Sequence record: DRR723986_2444
Strand: one strand, 5' to 3'
Length of the DNA stretch: 64,000 bases
This document shows, piece after piece, positions 38,862-50,248 of this stretch. A program made the translations under genes and the position numbers. A model generated the notes under the pieces. It did no database searches. It was not told where the DNA came from and worked only from the letters and a program-made list of their open reading frames with translations. Positions within the stretch are counted from its first letter, which is position 1. Every line of letters begins with the position of its first letter.

Positions 38862-40408
38862 ATGCGAATATCCATCAGCGAGCGCAGGACACTGTGTTGG
38901 ACGTGGCGATTATCGGTGCGGGTTTCGGTGGGCTAGGCCTGGCTATTCAGTTGCAGAAGCAGGGCATCAATAACTTTCAGCTCTTCGAACAAGCGGAGGA
39001 CGTTGGCGGGGTTTGGCGCGACAATCTCTACCCGGGAGCGGCCTGTGACGTGCCATCGCATCTCTACTCATTTTCCTTTGAGCCCAATCCTCGGTGGGGG
39101 CGCTTGTTCAGCCCACAGCAAGAGATTTATCGCTACCTGCGCCACTGCGCGGATAAATATCAGTTGCGGCCAAAAATTCGCTTCTCCACGCGGGTAACCG
39201 CGGCTGACTATTGTGAAAGCAGCGCTCAGTGGCGTTTGGAATTGGCAGGCGGGCACCCCGTATTTGCGCGTGCTGTTGTGGTTGCCATCGGCGCTCTGAA
39301 CATTCCTCAATACCCCAATATCGAGGGTATTGAGGGCTTTAAAGGGGTGGTGATGCACACCGCACAGTGGCAGCGCGATGCTAACTTACGCGGCAAGCGT
39401 GTTGCGGTGGTGGGTACTGGCGCAAGCGCTATTCAGGTGATTCCCGCTATTCAGCCAGAAGTCGGTTCACTCACGGTATTTCAGCGTACGCCGCCCTGGG
39501 TGCTACCCAAACACGATCGTCGCCTAACCGCGGATGAACACGCACGTTTTCGCCGGTGGCCGATGTTGCAGCGGATAGTTAGGCGCCTTCAGTATGTGAA
39601 GATGGAAAGCGTCTTGCCAGCATTTATTTGGGACAGTCTATTCACTCGCTTGGGCGAGTGGGCCGGGCGCAAATACCTGCGCAGCGTTGTTAAAGATGAA
39701 GCGCTCAGAAACGCCCTGACACCGCAGTACTCGATGGGCTGCAAGCGCGTATTGTTGTCTGATGATTATTACCCCGCGCTCTGCCAGAAAAATGTAAATG
39801 TGGTGGCCGACGGGGTAGCGCGTATGGATGAATCGGCGATTTATAGCAGTGACGGTGAACGGCACGAAGTCGATGCGGTGATTCTTGCTACCGGTTTCAA
39901 GGTTCCCTCTGCGGGTGCGCCAATGCCTGTTCGCGGCTTGGGTGGCCGGTCTCTTGAAGAGGATTGGGCTGAGGGGGCCGAGGCGTACAAGGGCATTACT
40001 GTGTCTGGCTATCCGAATTTGCTTTACCTGATGGGCCCTAATACCGGCCCCGGTAATACCTCCGTTATCTTCTACATCGAGTCGCAGATTCGCTATGTGC
40101 TGCAATACTTGCAGATGCTGCGCGAACGGCCTGATTGTGGTCTGGACATCAAAGCGGATGTGCAGGATCAGTACAACAAGCGTATTCAAAACATGTTTCG
40201 TGGAACGACCTGGATGTCGGGCTGTAATAGCTGGTATCTGACCCAAGATGGCCGCAACACGACGCTATGGCCGGGGTTTTCGTGGCGCTACCGCCTGATG
40301 ACGCGCCGCTTTGCCTTGTCGGACTATCGTGTTGTCGCAGCGGATAGCGCCAAACCGGCATTATCCGCTCACGAACCCCTTGCACTGGATTGTGCAGAGC
40401 TTCCCTAA
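38858..40408 (+). CDS. Baeyer-Villiger-type flavin monooxygenase
   Basis: GAGFGG, GGVWRDNLYPGAACD, fingerprint FKGVVMHTAQW, GTGASA; ATGA overlap with the upstream gene. Confidence 0.93.
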   Translation: MNANIHQRAQDTVLDVAIIGAGFGGLGLAIQLQKQGINNFQLFEQAEDVGGVWRDNLYPGAACDVPSHLYSFSFEPNPRWGRLFSPQQEIYRYLRHCADKYQLRPKIRFSTRVTAADYCESSAQWRLELAGGHPVFARAVVVAIGALNIPQYPNIEGIEGFKGVVMHTAQWQRDANLRGKRVAVVGTGASAIQVIPAIQPEVGSLTVFQRTPPWVLPKHDRRLTADEHARFRRWPMLQRIVRRLQYVKMESVLPAFIWDSLFTRLGEWAGRKYLRSVVKDEALRNALTPQYSMGCKRVLLSDDYYPALCQKNVNVVADGVARMDESAIYSSDGERHEVDAVILATGFKVPSAGAPMPVRGLGGRSLEEDWAEGAEAYKGITVSGYPNLLYLMGPNTGPGNTSVIFYIESQIRYVLQYLQMLRERPDCGLDIKADVQDQYNKRIQNMFRGTTWMSGCNSWYLTQDGRNTTLWPGFSWRYRLMTRRFALSDYRVVAADSAKPALSAHEPLALDCAELP

Positions 40409-40428
40409 GTGTTCAAAGAGGTTTATTG

Positions 40429-41238
40429 ATGACTAAGGTAAAACAGGTTGTTGCCGTATCGGGTGCGGCGTCGGGAATTGGTTTAGCGTTGGTAAAGCAG
40501 CTTCTTGGGGAGGGCTGCGCAGTCGCAGCCTCGGATATATCAGCAAAAAATTTGGCCGCCTTACGCCCGCTCGCGGATGAACAACACTTGCTGCTTAGTT
40601 GCGTTGACGCTGCTGAGCAGACGGCTGTTGCCCTCTGGGCCGCGGAGGTGAAAGAACATTTCGGGCGGATTGATGCGGTGATAAACAATGCGGGTGTGTC
40701 GCTGAGTTGTCATGCCGCAGAGCAGCCCCGAGAGCACTTTAGCTGGCTGATGAATATCAATTTTTGGGGTGTCGTCAACGGCTGCGAAGCGTTTTTGCCT
40801 TACGTAAAGGACGCGGGCGGCTGTATCGTCAATATATCCAGCCTGTTTGGCCTGCTGGCGGTGCCGTCGCAGTCGGCCTACAACGCGGCAAAATTCGCCG
40901 TACGTGGCTACTCAGAGTCTCTCCGTCAGGATTTAAAGGGCAGTGGCGTTGCGGTGCTTACCGTCCACCCCGGCGGCATTAAAACGAATATTGCGCGAAA
41001 CGGGCGACATTTTCATGACCTTCACGGCAAGGAGAGTGATTTGGACGCCACAGCGGCAAATTTCGACAAAGTGGCGCGCACCAGCCCCGAGCGAGCTGCA
41101 GCGAAAATTATTCATGCCATGCGCCGCCGCCGTCGACGTTTGCTGATTGGCAGCGACGCCGTTTTTCTGGATTGGGTTCAACGTTTATTTCCCGCCAATT
41201 ACGATCGCTGGTTGGCGCCACTAATACGTTTGTCGTAA
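40429..41238 (+). CDS. SDR family oxidoreductase
   Basis: SGAASGIG, INNAGV, YNAAKFAVRG, HPGGIKTNI. Confidence 0.92.
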   Translation: MTKVKQVVAVSGAASGIGLALVKQLLGEGCAVAASDISAKNLAALRPLADEQHLLLSCVDAAEQTAVALWAAEVKEHFGRIDAVINNAGVSLSCHAAEQPREHFSWLMNINFWGVVNGCEAFLPYVKDAGGCIVNISSLFGLLAVPSQSAYNAAKFAVRGYSESLRQDLKGSGVAVLTVHPGGIKTNIARNGRHFHDLHGKESDLDATAANFDKVARTSPERAAAKIIHAMRRRRRRLLIGSDAVFLDWVQRLFPANYDRWLAPLIRLS

Positions 41239-41248
41239 CGTTTGCTTT

Positions 41249-41270
41249 GGGCTGCCCTCAGCCCTTTTTT
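41249..41270 (+). terminator. Rho-independent terminator
   Basis: GGGCTG-ccct-CAGCCC-TTTTTT. Confidence 0.8.
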
Positions 41271-41334
41271 CTTACTACCTGAGCGAGGGCGCTGCTGTTA
41301 TGCTTGCCGGCTTGTAAATAGCGGAGGAGTGCAG

Positions 41335-42021
41335 GTGAGCGCTACGATACAGCTAGAGCCGTCCTGGCTTGAGGAATTGCGTGGAGAGTTCGAGCAGGAG
41401 TATATGCATACGCTGCGGCAATTCTTGCAGCAGCGTCGCGAGCAGGGGGCGCAGATTTATCCTCGCCCGTCTCAATGGTTCGCCGCGTTAGACAGTACGC
41501 CTTTCAAACAGGTGAAGGTAGTGATCTTAGGGCAGGACCCTTATCACGGCCCTGGCCAAGCCCACGGCTTGTGCTTTTCTGTGCAACCGGGGGTAAAGCC
41601 GCCGCCGTCGCTGGTCAATATTTTTCAAGAGCTGCAGAGTGATTTAGCGATCGAACCTGCGCAGCATGGTTATCTGCAGTCATGGGCTGAGCAGGGTGTG
41701 CTATTGCTCAACAGTGTTCTCACGGTCGAGCAAGGACAGGCGGGGGCTCATCAGGGCAAGGGCTGGGAACGGTTCACCGATGCAATCGTGTCTTCGCTAA
41801 ATCAACATCGCGACGGTTTGGTGTTTTTACTGTGGGGCTCTCACGCACAAAAGAAGGGCGCCGCGATTGATTCGAGCAGGCACTGCGTCCTGAAGGCGCC
41901 TCACCCGTCGCCGCTGTCGGCCTACCGAGGTTTCTTCGGCTGCAGGCATTTTTCCCAAGCCAACGCCTATTTACAGGCGCGAGGGCAGACGCCTGTCGAT
42001 TGGCGCCTACCTCCTGCGTAA
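41335..42021 (+). CDS. ung: Uracil-DNA glycosylase (family 1)
   Basis: GQDPYH, GLCFSV, GVLLLN, HPSPLS; GGAGG RBS before the GTG start. Confidence 0.97.
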   Translation: MSATIQLEPSWLEELRGEFEQEYMHTLRQFLQQRREQGAQIYPRPSQWFAALDSTPFKQVKVVILGQDPYHGPGQAHGLCFSVQPGVKPPPSLVNIFQELQSDLAIEPAQHGYLQSWAEQGVLLLNSVLTVEQGQAGAHQGKGWERFTDAIVSSLNQHRDGLVFLLWGSHAQKKGAAIDSSRHCVLKAPHPSPLSAYRGFFGCRHFSQANAYLQARGQTPVDWRLPPA

Positions 42022-42025
42022 CGAT

Positions 42026-43051
42026 TTACAGGTCCGGTAGCTCATAGGGAAGCGGTAGCAGTGTGACGCGGTGCTTACCGTCGGCGGTAAAGATAGGCGA
42101 GTTCACCGCATCAACCGCGAGTACCGCCAGCAGTATGCTGTGGTCATTGGCGTTATATAGCGAAACGAGCTTGCCGATACTCTGTGTGTCACCGCCGCCA
42201 AACAGCTCCGTAGCATCGCTTTCATTTATCAAGGCATCCACTTTCGCGACGTAGAGGCGGCGCTTGAGTTTGCCTCGATATTGAATGCGAGCGACCACTT
42301 CCTGGCCGGTGTAGCAGCCCTTTTTGAAATTTACCGCGCCCACCAATTGATAGTTCAATTGTTGGGGCAGGAAGAGGTCCTGTGTTGCAGCGTGCACCTC
42401 GCCGACCCCTTGCAGGATGTTATCTCTCTCCCAGTCAGCGCTATCGCGAACGGCGACGCCGTCACAGAGCGCGGGCCAAAATTCGGCGGCGCGCGTGTCG
42501 GTGAGCCAGCACTCATAGCGCAGGCCGTCGTCGTCCAGTTGAACGATGATCGTGTCAGGGTCTACGGTGAGGCTCTCCAGCGCCGCGCTGGGGGCGGCGC
42601 CGAAGAGGGTGCGCAAACGCTGCCTGGCGCCGGGGCCAGCCACACCAATGGCAAAGCGCGTTCGGGGCTGATCACCAATTTCGGCTTTTGAGAACACAAT
42701 ATATTTTTTCAGCAGGCTGCGGGTGTTTTCACAAATATCGGCACGCATACGCAACAGGGCCAGCGTTTCGGAAGGCTGAGCGCCGATAAAGCTGCTCAGC
42801 ACGCGACCTTTGATATTGCAGTAAGCGCCGCGGCTGGTCTGGGCCGGGGTGATCGCGCGCCAGTCGCAGCTGGTTTGCCCCTGCAAAAAAGTGCTGCTGT
42901 CAGGTCCATCTACGTGTAAAAAGTCGTATTGAAAGAGCGGTGATACCCAGTCGGCTGCGCCGTGTTGTTGCTCGCCGCTGGCCCAGAAGCCGCTCGGTTT
43001 GATTTGGCTCTGGGGGAATTGCTTGGAAAGTAGCGCTTCAAATGTGCTCAT
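42026..43051 (-). CDS. ygfZ: Folate-binding Fe-S/tRNA-modification protein YgfZ
   Basis: KGCYTGQE signature and FLQGQ; divergent from sdhE. Confidence 0.93.
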   Translation of the reverse strand: MSTFEALLSKQFPQSQIKPSGFWASGEQQHGAADWVSPLFQYDFLHVDGPDSSTFLQGQTSCDWRAITPAQTSRGAYCNIKGRVLSSFIGAQPSETLALLRMRADICENTRSLLKKYIVFSKAEIGDQPRTRFAIGVAGPGARQRLRTLFGAAPSAALESLTVDPDTIIVQLDDDGLRYECWLTDTRAAEFWPALCDGVAVRDSADWERDNILQGVGEVHAATQDLFLPQQLNYQLVGAVNFKKGCYTGQEVVARIQYRGKLKRRLYVAKVDALINESDATELFGGGDTQSIGKLVSLYNANDHSILLAVLAVDAVNSPIFTADGKHRVTLLPLPYELPDL

Positions 43052-43266
43052 GGGTCCTGTGCTACCGTTTCGTCGGTACCGTGTGGTGAATGAGGGATAG
43101 TATTCTGGTGTGATTTTCACGCCTTTCGGTTAGACGCTAACCGCTTTGCGGCGTGAATTACCAGTGGCGGGGGAGCTTTGACTGCAATACTGGCTCAGGA
43201 TCACGGTATACTATACAAGTAAATGTCGCCAATGTTGGTGGCTCTCCCTTTATGCAGTGGAAAATA

Positions 43267-43527
43267 ATGCTTTCGGAAAACGAGATCAAGCGAATTTACT
43301 GGGCCTGCCGGCGTGGCATGCTCGAATTAGACCTAGTTATGGTGCCTTTTTTTGAGCAGCGCTTCCGGTCCCTCGACGAGCGCGATCAGCAGCGTTTCAT
43401 TCGCCTGCTTGAGAGTGAGGATACTGAGTTATTCCAGTGGTTTCTGGGAACCACCAGCCCGGACGACCCTGAGTTGGCCAGTATTGTGAATGATATCAAC
43501 GCATTCTCCCGCGCCGCTAAGGCTTGA
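43267..43527 (+). CDS. sdhE: FAD assembly factor SdhE (YgfY)
   Basis: WACRRGMLELD (RGxxE motif). Confidence 0.93.
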   Translation: MLSENEIKRIYWACRRGMLELDLVMVPFFEQRFRSLDERDQQRFIRLLESEDTELFQWFLGTTSPDDPELASIVNDINAFSRAAKA

Positions 43528-43948
43528 GCTGCGCGCTTCGCGTATCGGCTTTTGCGTATTTTGCCTGCTCGCCGCGTTGGCGCTAGTGCTGACACCCACC
43601 ATCGCTCCGTCGGTTGAGCGTTGGGCGGGGAGCGCCTTCGTGGCAGCGAGCGCCGTGTTGCTGCTTCAATGTATCGTCCTGGCCTATGTATGGCGGATTT
43701 GGCGTAAAACGCGGTCAGTTATTTTCGGCAACGGTTTGGTGTTGCACGCAGACGGCGGCGGTTGGCGAGCAGACATTGAGGGCAAAGTCGTTGGCCTGGA
43801 CCTCTGCTGCCAGTATTTCTCCCGTCATTTATTGGTATTACAGCTTTGCGTCGATGGTCGGTGTTGGTCGCTACCGATACTGGCGGATCAACTAAGTCGG
43901 GAAGACTTTCGCGCCTTACGGCGCGCTCTGCTACATGGCCGTTGGTAA
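43490..43948 (+). CDS. YgfX-like membrane protein
   Basis: Overlaps the sdhE 3' end as ygfY-ygfX does; two TMs; C-terminal DQLSREDFRALRR. Confidence 0.6.
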   Translation: MISTHSPAPLRLELRASRIGFCVFCLLAALALVLTPTIAPSVERWAGSAFVAASAVLLLQCIVLAYVWRIWRKTRSVIFGNGLVLHADGGGWRADIEGKVVGLDLCCQYFSRHLLVLQLCVDGRCWSLPILADQLSREDFRALRRALLHGRW

Positions 43949-43983
43949 CGTATCACTGTCTGTCATTACCCAAGCGCTGCAGT

Positions 43984-45579
43984 TTAGCTCGTGCTCTGAC
44001 GACCGTAATTGTCAGGTACCAATACAGTGTCTTGCGCCGTGGGCAGCGTGGCGGGGTAGTCCAGCGTGTAGTGGAGGCCTCGGCTCTCTTTCCGTTGCAT
44101 GGCGCTGCGAATAATCAGTTCAGCGACCATGGCGAGATTGCGCAGCTCTAATAAATCATTACTGACTTTATAATTGGAATAATATTCAGCGATTTCCTGC
44201 TGTAATAGGGCGGCGCGGTTCAGTGCCCGCTGCAGGCGCTTGTCGGTGCGTACAATGCCGACGTAGTCCCACATAAAGCGCCGTAATTCGTCCCAGTTGT
44301 GCGAAATGATCACATCTTCATCAGAGTCAGTCACCATTGACTCATCCCAGGGTGGCGCAATAAGCGGTGCGCTGAGGTCGTCGAGGCGGCTGTTGATATC
44401 TGCTGCGGCCGCGCCGCCATAAACAAGGCATTCGAGCAGTGAATTACTCGCCAGGCGATTTGCGCCGTGCAGTCCGGTAAAGGCGGTTTCACCGATGGCG
44501 TACAGTCCCTCAACATCGCTGCGGCCGCGTTGGTCGACCATCACGCCACCGCAGGTATAGTGAGCGGCGGGAACGACCGGGATCGCTTCGCGGCTGATGT
44601 CGATACCGAGCTCAAGGCAGCGCGCTTTAATAGTGGGAAAATGCTCAAGCAGGAACTCTGAGCTTTTATGGCTAATGTCTAGGTAGACGCAGTCGCTGCC
44701 GAGCCGCTTCATTTCATGGTCGATGGCGCGCGCAACAACATCGCGAGGGGCGAGTTCTCCGCGCTCATCATAGCGCTGCATAAAGCGCTCGCCTTTGGCG
44801 TTGAGCAATTTCCCACCTTCCCCTCGTATGGCTTCGGTGATAAGGAAGGACTTCGCCTTGGGGTGATACAGGCACGTGGGGTGGAATTGATTGAATTCCA
44901 TATTCGCGACCCGACAGCCCGCACGCCACGCCATCGCAATACCGTCGCCGGTAGCGCCGTCAGGGTTGCTGGTATAAAGGTAGGCCTTGTTTGCGCCCCC
45001 GGTTGCCAAAACGCTGGCGCGGGCGTGGAACAATTCCACATGGCCGCTGTCTCTGTTAAGCACGTAAGCGCCATGACAGCGTCCGTCGCGGACGACGAGG
45101 TCTATTGCGACGTGACGGTTAAATATCTCGATATTGTGGTGCTCTTTGGCTTTGGTGCTCAGCGTTGTCGACACCGCGCGGCCCGTGGCGTCAGCCGCGT
45201 GAATAATTCTGCGCTGGCTATGGCCGCCCTCCCGGGTGAGGTGTAGTTCGTTGCTGTCGTTGTCAAAACGGCTGAATTGGACACCTTGAGCGAGCAGCCA
45301 GTCGATGCTGGCGCTGCTGTGCTCAACGGTGAAGCGCACGGCGTCTTCGTGGCAAAGTTGTGCGCCGGCGTTCAGGGTGTCGCTGACATGGGCATCGATA
45401 CTGTCATTTTTATGGAGGACAGCGGCAATACCGCCTTGAGCCCAATAGGTTGCGCCCTCGTTGAGCTCGCTCTTGCACAGCACGGCGACTTTGGCGTGGT
45501 TGGCAAGCTGTAGCGCCAGTGATAGGCCAGCAGCGCCGCTGCCGATAACTAGCACATCGTGGGCATGGAAATGGCTCAT
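43984..45579 (-). CDS. nadB: L-aspartate oxidase
   Basis: [41 protein letters not shown]; divergent from rpoE. Confidence 0.97.
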   Translation of the reverse strand: MSHFHAHDVLVIGSGAAGLSLALQLANHAKVAVLCKSELNEGATYWAQGGIAAVLHKNDSIDAHVSDTLNAGAQLCHEDAVRFTVEHSSASIDWLLAQGVQFSRFDNDSNELHLTREGGHSQRRIIHAADATGRAVSTTLSTKAKEHHNIEIFNRHVAIDLVVRDGRCHGAYVLNRDSGHVELFHARASVLATGGANKAYLYTSNPDGATGDGIAMAWRAGCRVANMEFNQFHPTCLYHPKAKSFLITEAIRGEGGKLLNAKGERFMQRYDERGELAPRDVVARAIDHEMKRLGSDCVYLDISHKSSEFLLEHFPTIKARCLELGIDISREAIPVVPAAHYTCGGVMVDQRGRSDVEGLYAIGETAFTGLHGANRLASNSLLECLVYGGAAAADINSRLDDLSAPLIAPPWDESMVTDSDEDVIISHNWDELRRFMWDYVGIVRTDKRLQRALNRAALLQQEIAEYYSNYKVSNDLLELRNLAMVAELIIRSAMQRKESRGLHYTLDYPATLPTAQDTVLVPDNYGRQSTS

Positions 45580-45714
45580 TGCGGATGTTTGCTCCCGAGG
45601 CGGTCCGGCGATACTATGCCGTCGGAGTTTAAGAGGCGCAAAGTATACTGGTAGCTGCGCCGCAGACCAACACGCGTGGTGTTCTCACGCGGTAGTTTAA
45701 GGACAGTAATGTTA

Positions 45715-45741
45715 GAACTTCTTCAAAATTCGCTGGTCTAT
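45715..45741 (+). promoter_or_regulatory. Sigma-E (RpoE/AlgU) autoregulatory promoter
   Basis: GAACTT-N16-TCTAT upstream of rpoE, matching the GAACTT...TCnnA-type consensus. Confidence 0.8.
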
Positions 45742-45778
45742 TTGGCAAGCGCTGCTGATCGACCATTGGTGAATGTAC

Positions 45779-46369
45779 ATGAGCCAAGCTAAACAGGCAG
45801 ACCAGCAGCTCGTTGAGCGAGTCCAGCAGGGGGATAAGCGTGCCTTTGATCTGCTGGTACTTAAGTATCAACACAAAATATTTGGTCTGATATCCCGCTA
45901 TATCAAAGATAGTGACGAAGTGCAGGATGTTGCCCAGGAAGCCTTTGTTAAAGCCTATCGGGCTTTGCCCAAGTTCCGTGGGGACAGTGCCTTTTATACT
46001 TGGTTGTATCGCATTGCGATCAACACGGCGAAAAACTATCTGGTCGCTCGCAACCGTCGCCCGCCGGGCAGTGACGTGGATGTGGCTGATGCCGAATATT
46101 TTGAGGGGCCGTCTGCTTTAAAAGAAGTCGAGACGCCAGAGAACCGCTTGTATGGCGAAGAGCTAAAAAATGTGGTTCAGGACGCGATCAAAACTTTGCC
46201 TGAAGATTTGCGCGCAGCGCTAACTCTGCGTGAATTTGATGGTCTCAGTTATGAGGATATTGCAGCGGTGATGGATTGCCCTGTTGGAACAGTGCGGTCG
46301 CGAATTTTCAGGGCTCGCGAGGCGGTGGATAGTCGAGTAAGAGCCCAAGTGAGTGGCGAAGAGGTGTAA
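45779..46369 (+). CDS. rpoE: RNA polymerase sigma factor RpoE (AlgU)
   Basis: DQQLVERVQQGDKRAFDLLVLKYQ, FYTWLYRIAINTAKN, CPVGTVRSRIFRARE. Confidence 0.98.
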   Translation: MSQAKQADQQLVERVQQGDKRAFDLLVLKYQHKIFGLISRYIKDSDEVQDVAQEAFVKAYRALPKFRGDSAFYTWLYRIAINTAKNYLVARNRRPPGSDVDVADAEYFEGPSALKEVETPENRLYGEELKNVVQDAIKTLPEDLRAALTLREFDGLSYEDIAAVMDCPVGTVRSRIFRAREAVDSRVRAQVSGEEV

Positions 46370-46371
46370 AT

Positions 46372-46950
46372 ATGAAAGATGGCATCAGAGAATCTCTGTC
46401 GGCAATGATGGATGGTGAAGCCAGTGAGCTTGAGTTGCGCCGAGTTCTGCGCTCAGAAGATGCGGCCTTGCGCGCGGAGTGGGCGTCGCTCCACCGCAAT
46501 CAACAGGTGATGCATGACGGCGAGCTGCCGTTTGCCGGTCTCGATATTTCGGGCCGAGTGATGGCCGCGATTGACGATGAGCCAAGTGCAGTGAAACGCG
46601 GCTCGTCCTGGCGTCAAGCGCTAACCGGTATGGCCGTTGCTGCCAGTGTTGCGGCAGTCGTCGTGTTCGCCGGCAGTGAACGTATGCTCGGCGGTGGCAC
46701 CTCAATGCTGGCGGCGTCGGAGACGTCGGTGAGCAGCGGCCGTGTTTACCCCGCTCAAATGTCACCTGCCAATGGCGGTGTTCCTGTAAGTGCCATAGCA
46801 GGGGGCACGCCCAGTATGAGCCCAGCAGTGAAGAGCGAAGCCGACAAGCGTTTCGACGTATTGCTTCGCAAGCATACCGAGCGGGCGTCGCTGAATAATG
46901 GCCAAGGCTTCGTTTCGTATGCGCGGGTGGTGTCTCAGGAGTCAGAATAA
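46372..46950 (+). CDS. rseA: Anti-sigma-E factor RseA/MucA
   Basis: RESLSAMMDGE, single TM (AVAASVAAVVV), position after rpoE. Confidence 0.9.
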   Translation: MKDGIRESLSAMMDGEASELELRRVLRSEDAALRAEWASLHRNQQVMHDGELPFAGLDISGRVMAAIDDEPSAVKRGSSWRQALTGMAVAASVAAVVVFAGSERMLGGGTSMLAASETSVSSGRVYPAQMSPANGGVPVSAIAGGTPSMSPAVKSEADKRFDVLLRKHTERASLNNGQGFVSYARVVSQESE

Positions 46951-47844
46951 GTGCGTTGTCGTGTGATATTGGCGGTCGCTGCGCTGGCGTTTAGTCAAGC
47001 CAGCTGGGCGAATGGTCCGGAAACGTGGCTGAAGCGAATGACTGACAGCCATCGGACCCTCAACTATCAGGGTGTAGTGACTTACCAAGTCGACGACCGA
47101 CTTAGCAGTTTTAAGGTCAGTCATGTTGTCAAAGATGGTCGCGAGTACGAGTCACTCGAAGCGCTAAGTCACGGCGAGCATGAGGTGATTCGTCAGGGGC
47201 ACGATATTAGCTGTGTGCACCCCGGCCCTGAATTATTGCATCTTCTTGCCGGTGACTCGCCAGAAGCGAAGCAATTGCAGAAGCTTTATCATTTGTCCCT
47301 CCGAGAATCGGGCAGCGTTGCTGGTCGCGCGGCAATAGGGTTGTCGATCCAGCCTAAAGACGTATACCGCCTTGGATACCGGCTCGCTCTGGATAAAGAA
47401 ACGGGGTTGTTGTTGCGCTCTGAAATCGTTAATAAGCGCGGCAAGGTGCTTGAGCGCTTTGAGTATGTTGTGCTTGATCTCAGTTTTGATGAGGCAGCGC
47501 TTGAGCGCGATGAGTCACAGCTCATCGCACACCCTCCCGTTGGCGAGCAAGGCAGCGTCCCAGAGGTTAACTGGCGCGTATCCTGGCTGCCTGATGGCTT
47601 TACGCCCTTGGCCGTTCGTGATCAGGCGCCGAGCATCAGTTACACCGACGGTTTGGCGGTATTCACGGTTTTTGTTGAGTCCACCCAGGGTGCCGCGTCG
47701 CAGAGTGATAGCCATATGCGGCGAGGCGCGTCGGTAAGTTACAGCACTACCCACAAATCGCGTGGCGTACGCGTGTCAGTGGTGGGTGAGATTCCCATGC
47801 TGACCGCGAGACAGGTAGCGCTCGGTGTGGAGTGGCCTGAATAA
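46951..47844 (+). CDS. rseB: Sigma-E regulatory protein RseB/MucB
   Basis: LNYQG, LDKETGLLLRSE, WLPDGF, YTDGLAVFTVFVE, VVGEIP. Confidence 0.92.
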   Translation: MRCRVILAVAALAFSQASWANGPETWLKRMTDSHRTLNYQGVVTYQVDDRLSSFKVSHVVKDGREYESLEALSHGEHEVIRQGHDISCVHPGPELLHLLAGDSPEAKQLQKLYHLSLRESGSVAGRAAIGLSIQPKDVYRLGYRLALDKETGLLLRSEIVNKRGKVLERFEYVVLDLSFDEAALERDESQLIAHPPVGEQGSVPEVNWRVSWLPDGFTPLAVRDQAPSISYTDGLAVFTVFVESTQGAASQSDSHMRRGASVSYSTTHKSRGVRVSVVGEIPMLTARQVALGVEWPE

Positions 47845-48323
47845 TGATTTGTGAGCGCGGGCGTGTTGTTGCTGTGGAGACGTCGGCTCTGTGGGTAGAG
47901 ACCGTGTCCCAAAGTAGCTGCGCCAGCTGCTCTGCGAAGAAAGGTTGCGGGCAGGGGCTGATGAACAGTTTGCACGATGGTCGCCGCAATCAGTTGCGTA
48001 TCGCGCTAAACGGGCTCCCCGCGAGTGACTACCCCGTGGGTAGCGATGTGGATATCGCCATTCCCGAAGCAGCGTTAGTGGGTGGTGCGTTTATTGTCTA
48101 CCTGCTGCCTTTGCTGAGTATGATCCTCGGTATGCTTGCTGGGAATAGTTTGTCGGGCAGTGAGAGCGTTGCTGCAGTGTCGGCACTGGTGGGATTTTTG
48201 CTGGGGCTGGGCGGTGTACGGGCCCACGCACTATTGAGCCGAAACAGCGAGCGTTTTCAGCCCCGTTTAGTCGGGCATCATGGCCGAGCGTCCGCCGAGC
48301 CACTGCAGTTTTTCGAGCATTAA
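47844..48323 (+). CDS. rseC: RseC/MucC family protein
   Basis: SCASCSAKKGCG, YLLPL, two TMs. Confidence 0.9.
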   Translation: MICERGRVVAVETSALWVETVSQSSCASCSAKKGCGQGLMNSLHDGRRNQLRIALNGLPASDYPVGSDVDIAIPEAALVGGAFIVYLLPLLSMILGMLAGNSLSGSESVAAVSALVGFLLGLGGVRAHALLSRNSERFQPRLVGHHGRASAEPLQFFEH

Positions 48324-48433
48324 TAGGCATTTAGCCGCCTCCTGTGACAATACACATAGCTTAGGTAGCGGGCTTTGCGATACAATCGCGCCTTTATTTT
48401 CCTCAATGGCTTTGTCCCGGGGTTCTGCCAAAC

Positions 48434-50233
48434 GTGCCTAGTCTCGACCTAATTCGTAACTTTTCTATTATTGCCCATATCGACCACGGAAAATCGACCC
48501 TGGCGGATCGTTTTATCCAGTATTGTGGTGGCCTTGCTGACCGTGAAATGGCCGAGCAAGTGCTCGACTCAATGGATATTGAGCGAGAGCGGGGTATCAC
48601 TATCAAAGCGCAGAGCGTGACGCTCGATTACACCGCGAAGGATGGGAATACCTATCAGCTCAATTTTATCGACACCCCCGGACATGTTGACTTCTCCTAC
48701 GAGGTATCGCGCTCGTTAGCGGCATGTGAAGGCGCGCTCTTGGTGGTGGACGCCGCGCAGGGTGTTGAGGCGCAGTCGGTGGCAAATTGCTATACCGCGA
48801 TAGAGCAGGGGCTCGAAGTACTGCCAATTTTGAACAAAATGGATCTTCCACAGGCCGACCCTGACCGGGTAAAACAGGAAATCGAAGAAATTATCGGCGT
48901 GGATGCCAGCGAGGCAGTGCCGGTCAGTGCGAAATCCGGAATGGGCATAGAGGATGCCTTAGAGCACTTAGTTGCCGCCATTCCCGCGCCCGAGGGGGAC
49001 CCTGATGCCCCCTTGCAAGCCCTGATCATCGATTCCTGGTTCGACAACTACCAAGGGGTTGTCTCCTTGGTGCGAGTGAAGAACGGCACCCTGCGTAAAG
49101 GCGATAAGGTCATCAGTAAGTCGCTGGGTAAAACGCATTCCGTGGATGTCGTAGGGATATTCACGCCCAAGCAAACCAATACCGGTGTGCTCAAAGCCGG
49201 TGAAGTTGGCTTCCTTATCGCCGGCATTAAAGATATTCACGGCGCGCCAGTGGGGGATACCTTCACGCACGCCAGTACACCTGATGTGGACGCGCTGCCC
49301 GGTTTTCAGAAAGTAAAGCCGCAGGTCTATGCCGGGATGTTCACGGTATCTACCGAAGACTACGAAGACTTTCGGGAGGCCTTAGGGAAGCTGACATTAA
49401 ATGATGCTTCTTTGTTTTACGAGCCTGAAACATCAGATGCCCTGGGTTTTGGTTTTCGCTGCGGCTTCCTCGGCACGCTGCATATGGAGATCATTCAAGA
49501 GCGCCTGGAGCGTGAATACGATATTGATCTGATAACGACAGCGCCCACCGTAATTTATCAAGTGCTCAAGAAAAACGGCGAAGAGGTTATGGTTGATAAC
49601 CCTTCCGCAATGCCTGACCCCGGCGAAGTTGAGGAAACCCGCGAACCGATCGCCAGGGTGAATATCTTGGTCCCGCAGGAACACCTCGGCAATGTGATGA
49701 GCCTGTGTTCGGAGAAGCGCGGCGTTCAGATTGATATGCAGTTTTTGGGGCAGCAAGTATCGCTGACATGGGACATCCCAATGAGCGAAGTGGTGCTGGA
49801 CTTCTTCGACCGGTTGAAGTCGGTGAGCCGTGGCTTTGCCTCGCTTGACTACAGTTTTGAACGCTTCGAAGCGGCGAACCTGGTCAAGCTCGATGTGCTG
49901 ATAAATGGTGACCGTGTTGATGCGCTGGCGATGATTGTCCATCGCGATTTCGCGCAGTCCCGCGGGCGGCTGTTAGTGGAAAAGATGAAAGAGCTTATTC
50001 CACGACAGATGTTTGACGTGGCAATTCAGGCGGCAATTGGTGGGCATGTTATTGCGCGCCAGACGGTAAAGGCGCTGCGTAAGAACGTAACTGCCAAGTG
50101 TTATGGTGGCGACGTATCGCGAAAGCGTAAACTGCTTGAGAAGCAAAAAGCAGGTAAAAAGCGGATGAAGCAAGTTGGGAATGTAGAGATTCCGCAGTCG
50201 GCATTTCTTGCCGTCTTAAAGGTAGATGGATAA
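48434..50233 (+). CDS. lepA: Translation elongation factor 4
   Basis: [45 protein letters not shown]. Confidence 0.99.
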   Translation: MPSLDLIRNFSIIAHIDHGKSTLADRFIQYCGGLADREMAEQVLDSMDIERERGITIKAQSVTLDYTAKDGNTYQLNFIDTPGHVDFSYEVSRSLAACEGALLVVDAAQGVEAQSVANCYTAIEQGLEVLPILNKMDLPQADPDRVKQEIEEIIGVDASEAVPVSAKSGMGIEDALEHLVAAIPAPEGDPDAPLQALIIDSWFDNYQGVVSLVRVKNGTLRKGDKVISKSLGKTHSVDVVGIFTPKQTNTGVLKAGEVGFLIAGIKDIHGAPVGDTFTHASTPDVDALPGFQKVKPQVYAGMFTVSTEDYEDFREALGKLTLNDASLFYEPETSDALGFGFRCGFLGTLHMEIIQERLEREYDIDLITTAPTVIYQVLKKNGEEVMVDNPSAMPDPGEVEETREPIARVNILVPQEHLGNVMSLCSEKRGVQIDMQFLGQQVSLTWDIPMSEVVLDFFDRLKSVSRGFASLDYSFERFEAANLVKLDVLINGDRVDALAMIVHRDFAQSRGRLLVEKMKELIPRQMFDVAIQAAIGGHVIARQTVKALRKNVTAKCYGGDVSRKRKLLEKQKAGKKRMKQVGNVEIPQSAFLAVLKVDG

Positions 50234-50248
50234 GGGGTATATGGCCAC

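Noticed and set aside
11543-41270. Genomic island integrated at tRNA-Ser
   Set aside because: No integrase or transposase, no duplicated tRNA 3' end noticed, and the content includes ordinary chromosomal genes (ppnP, glpK).
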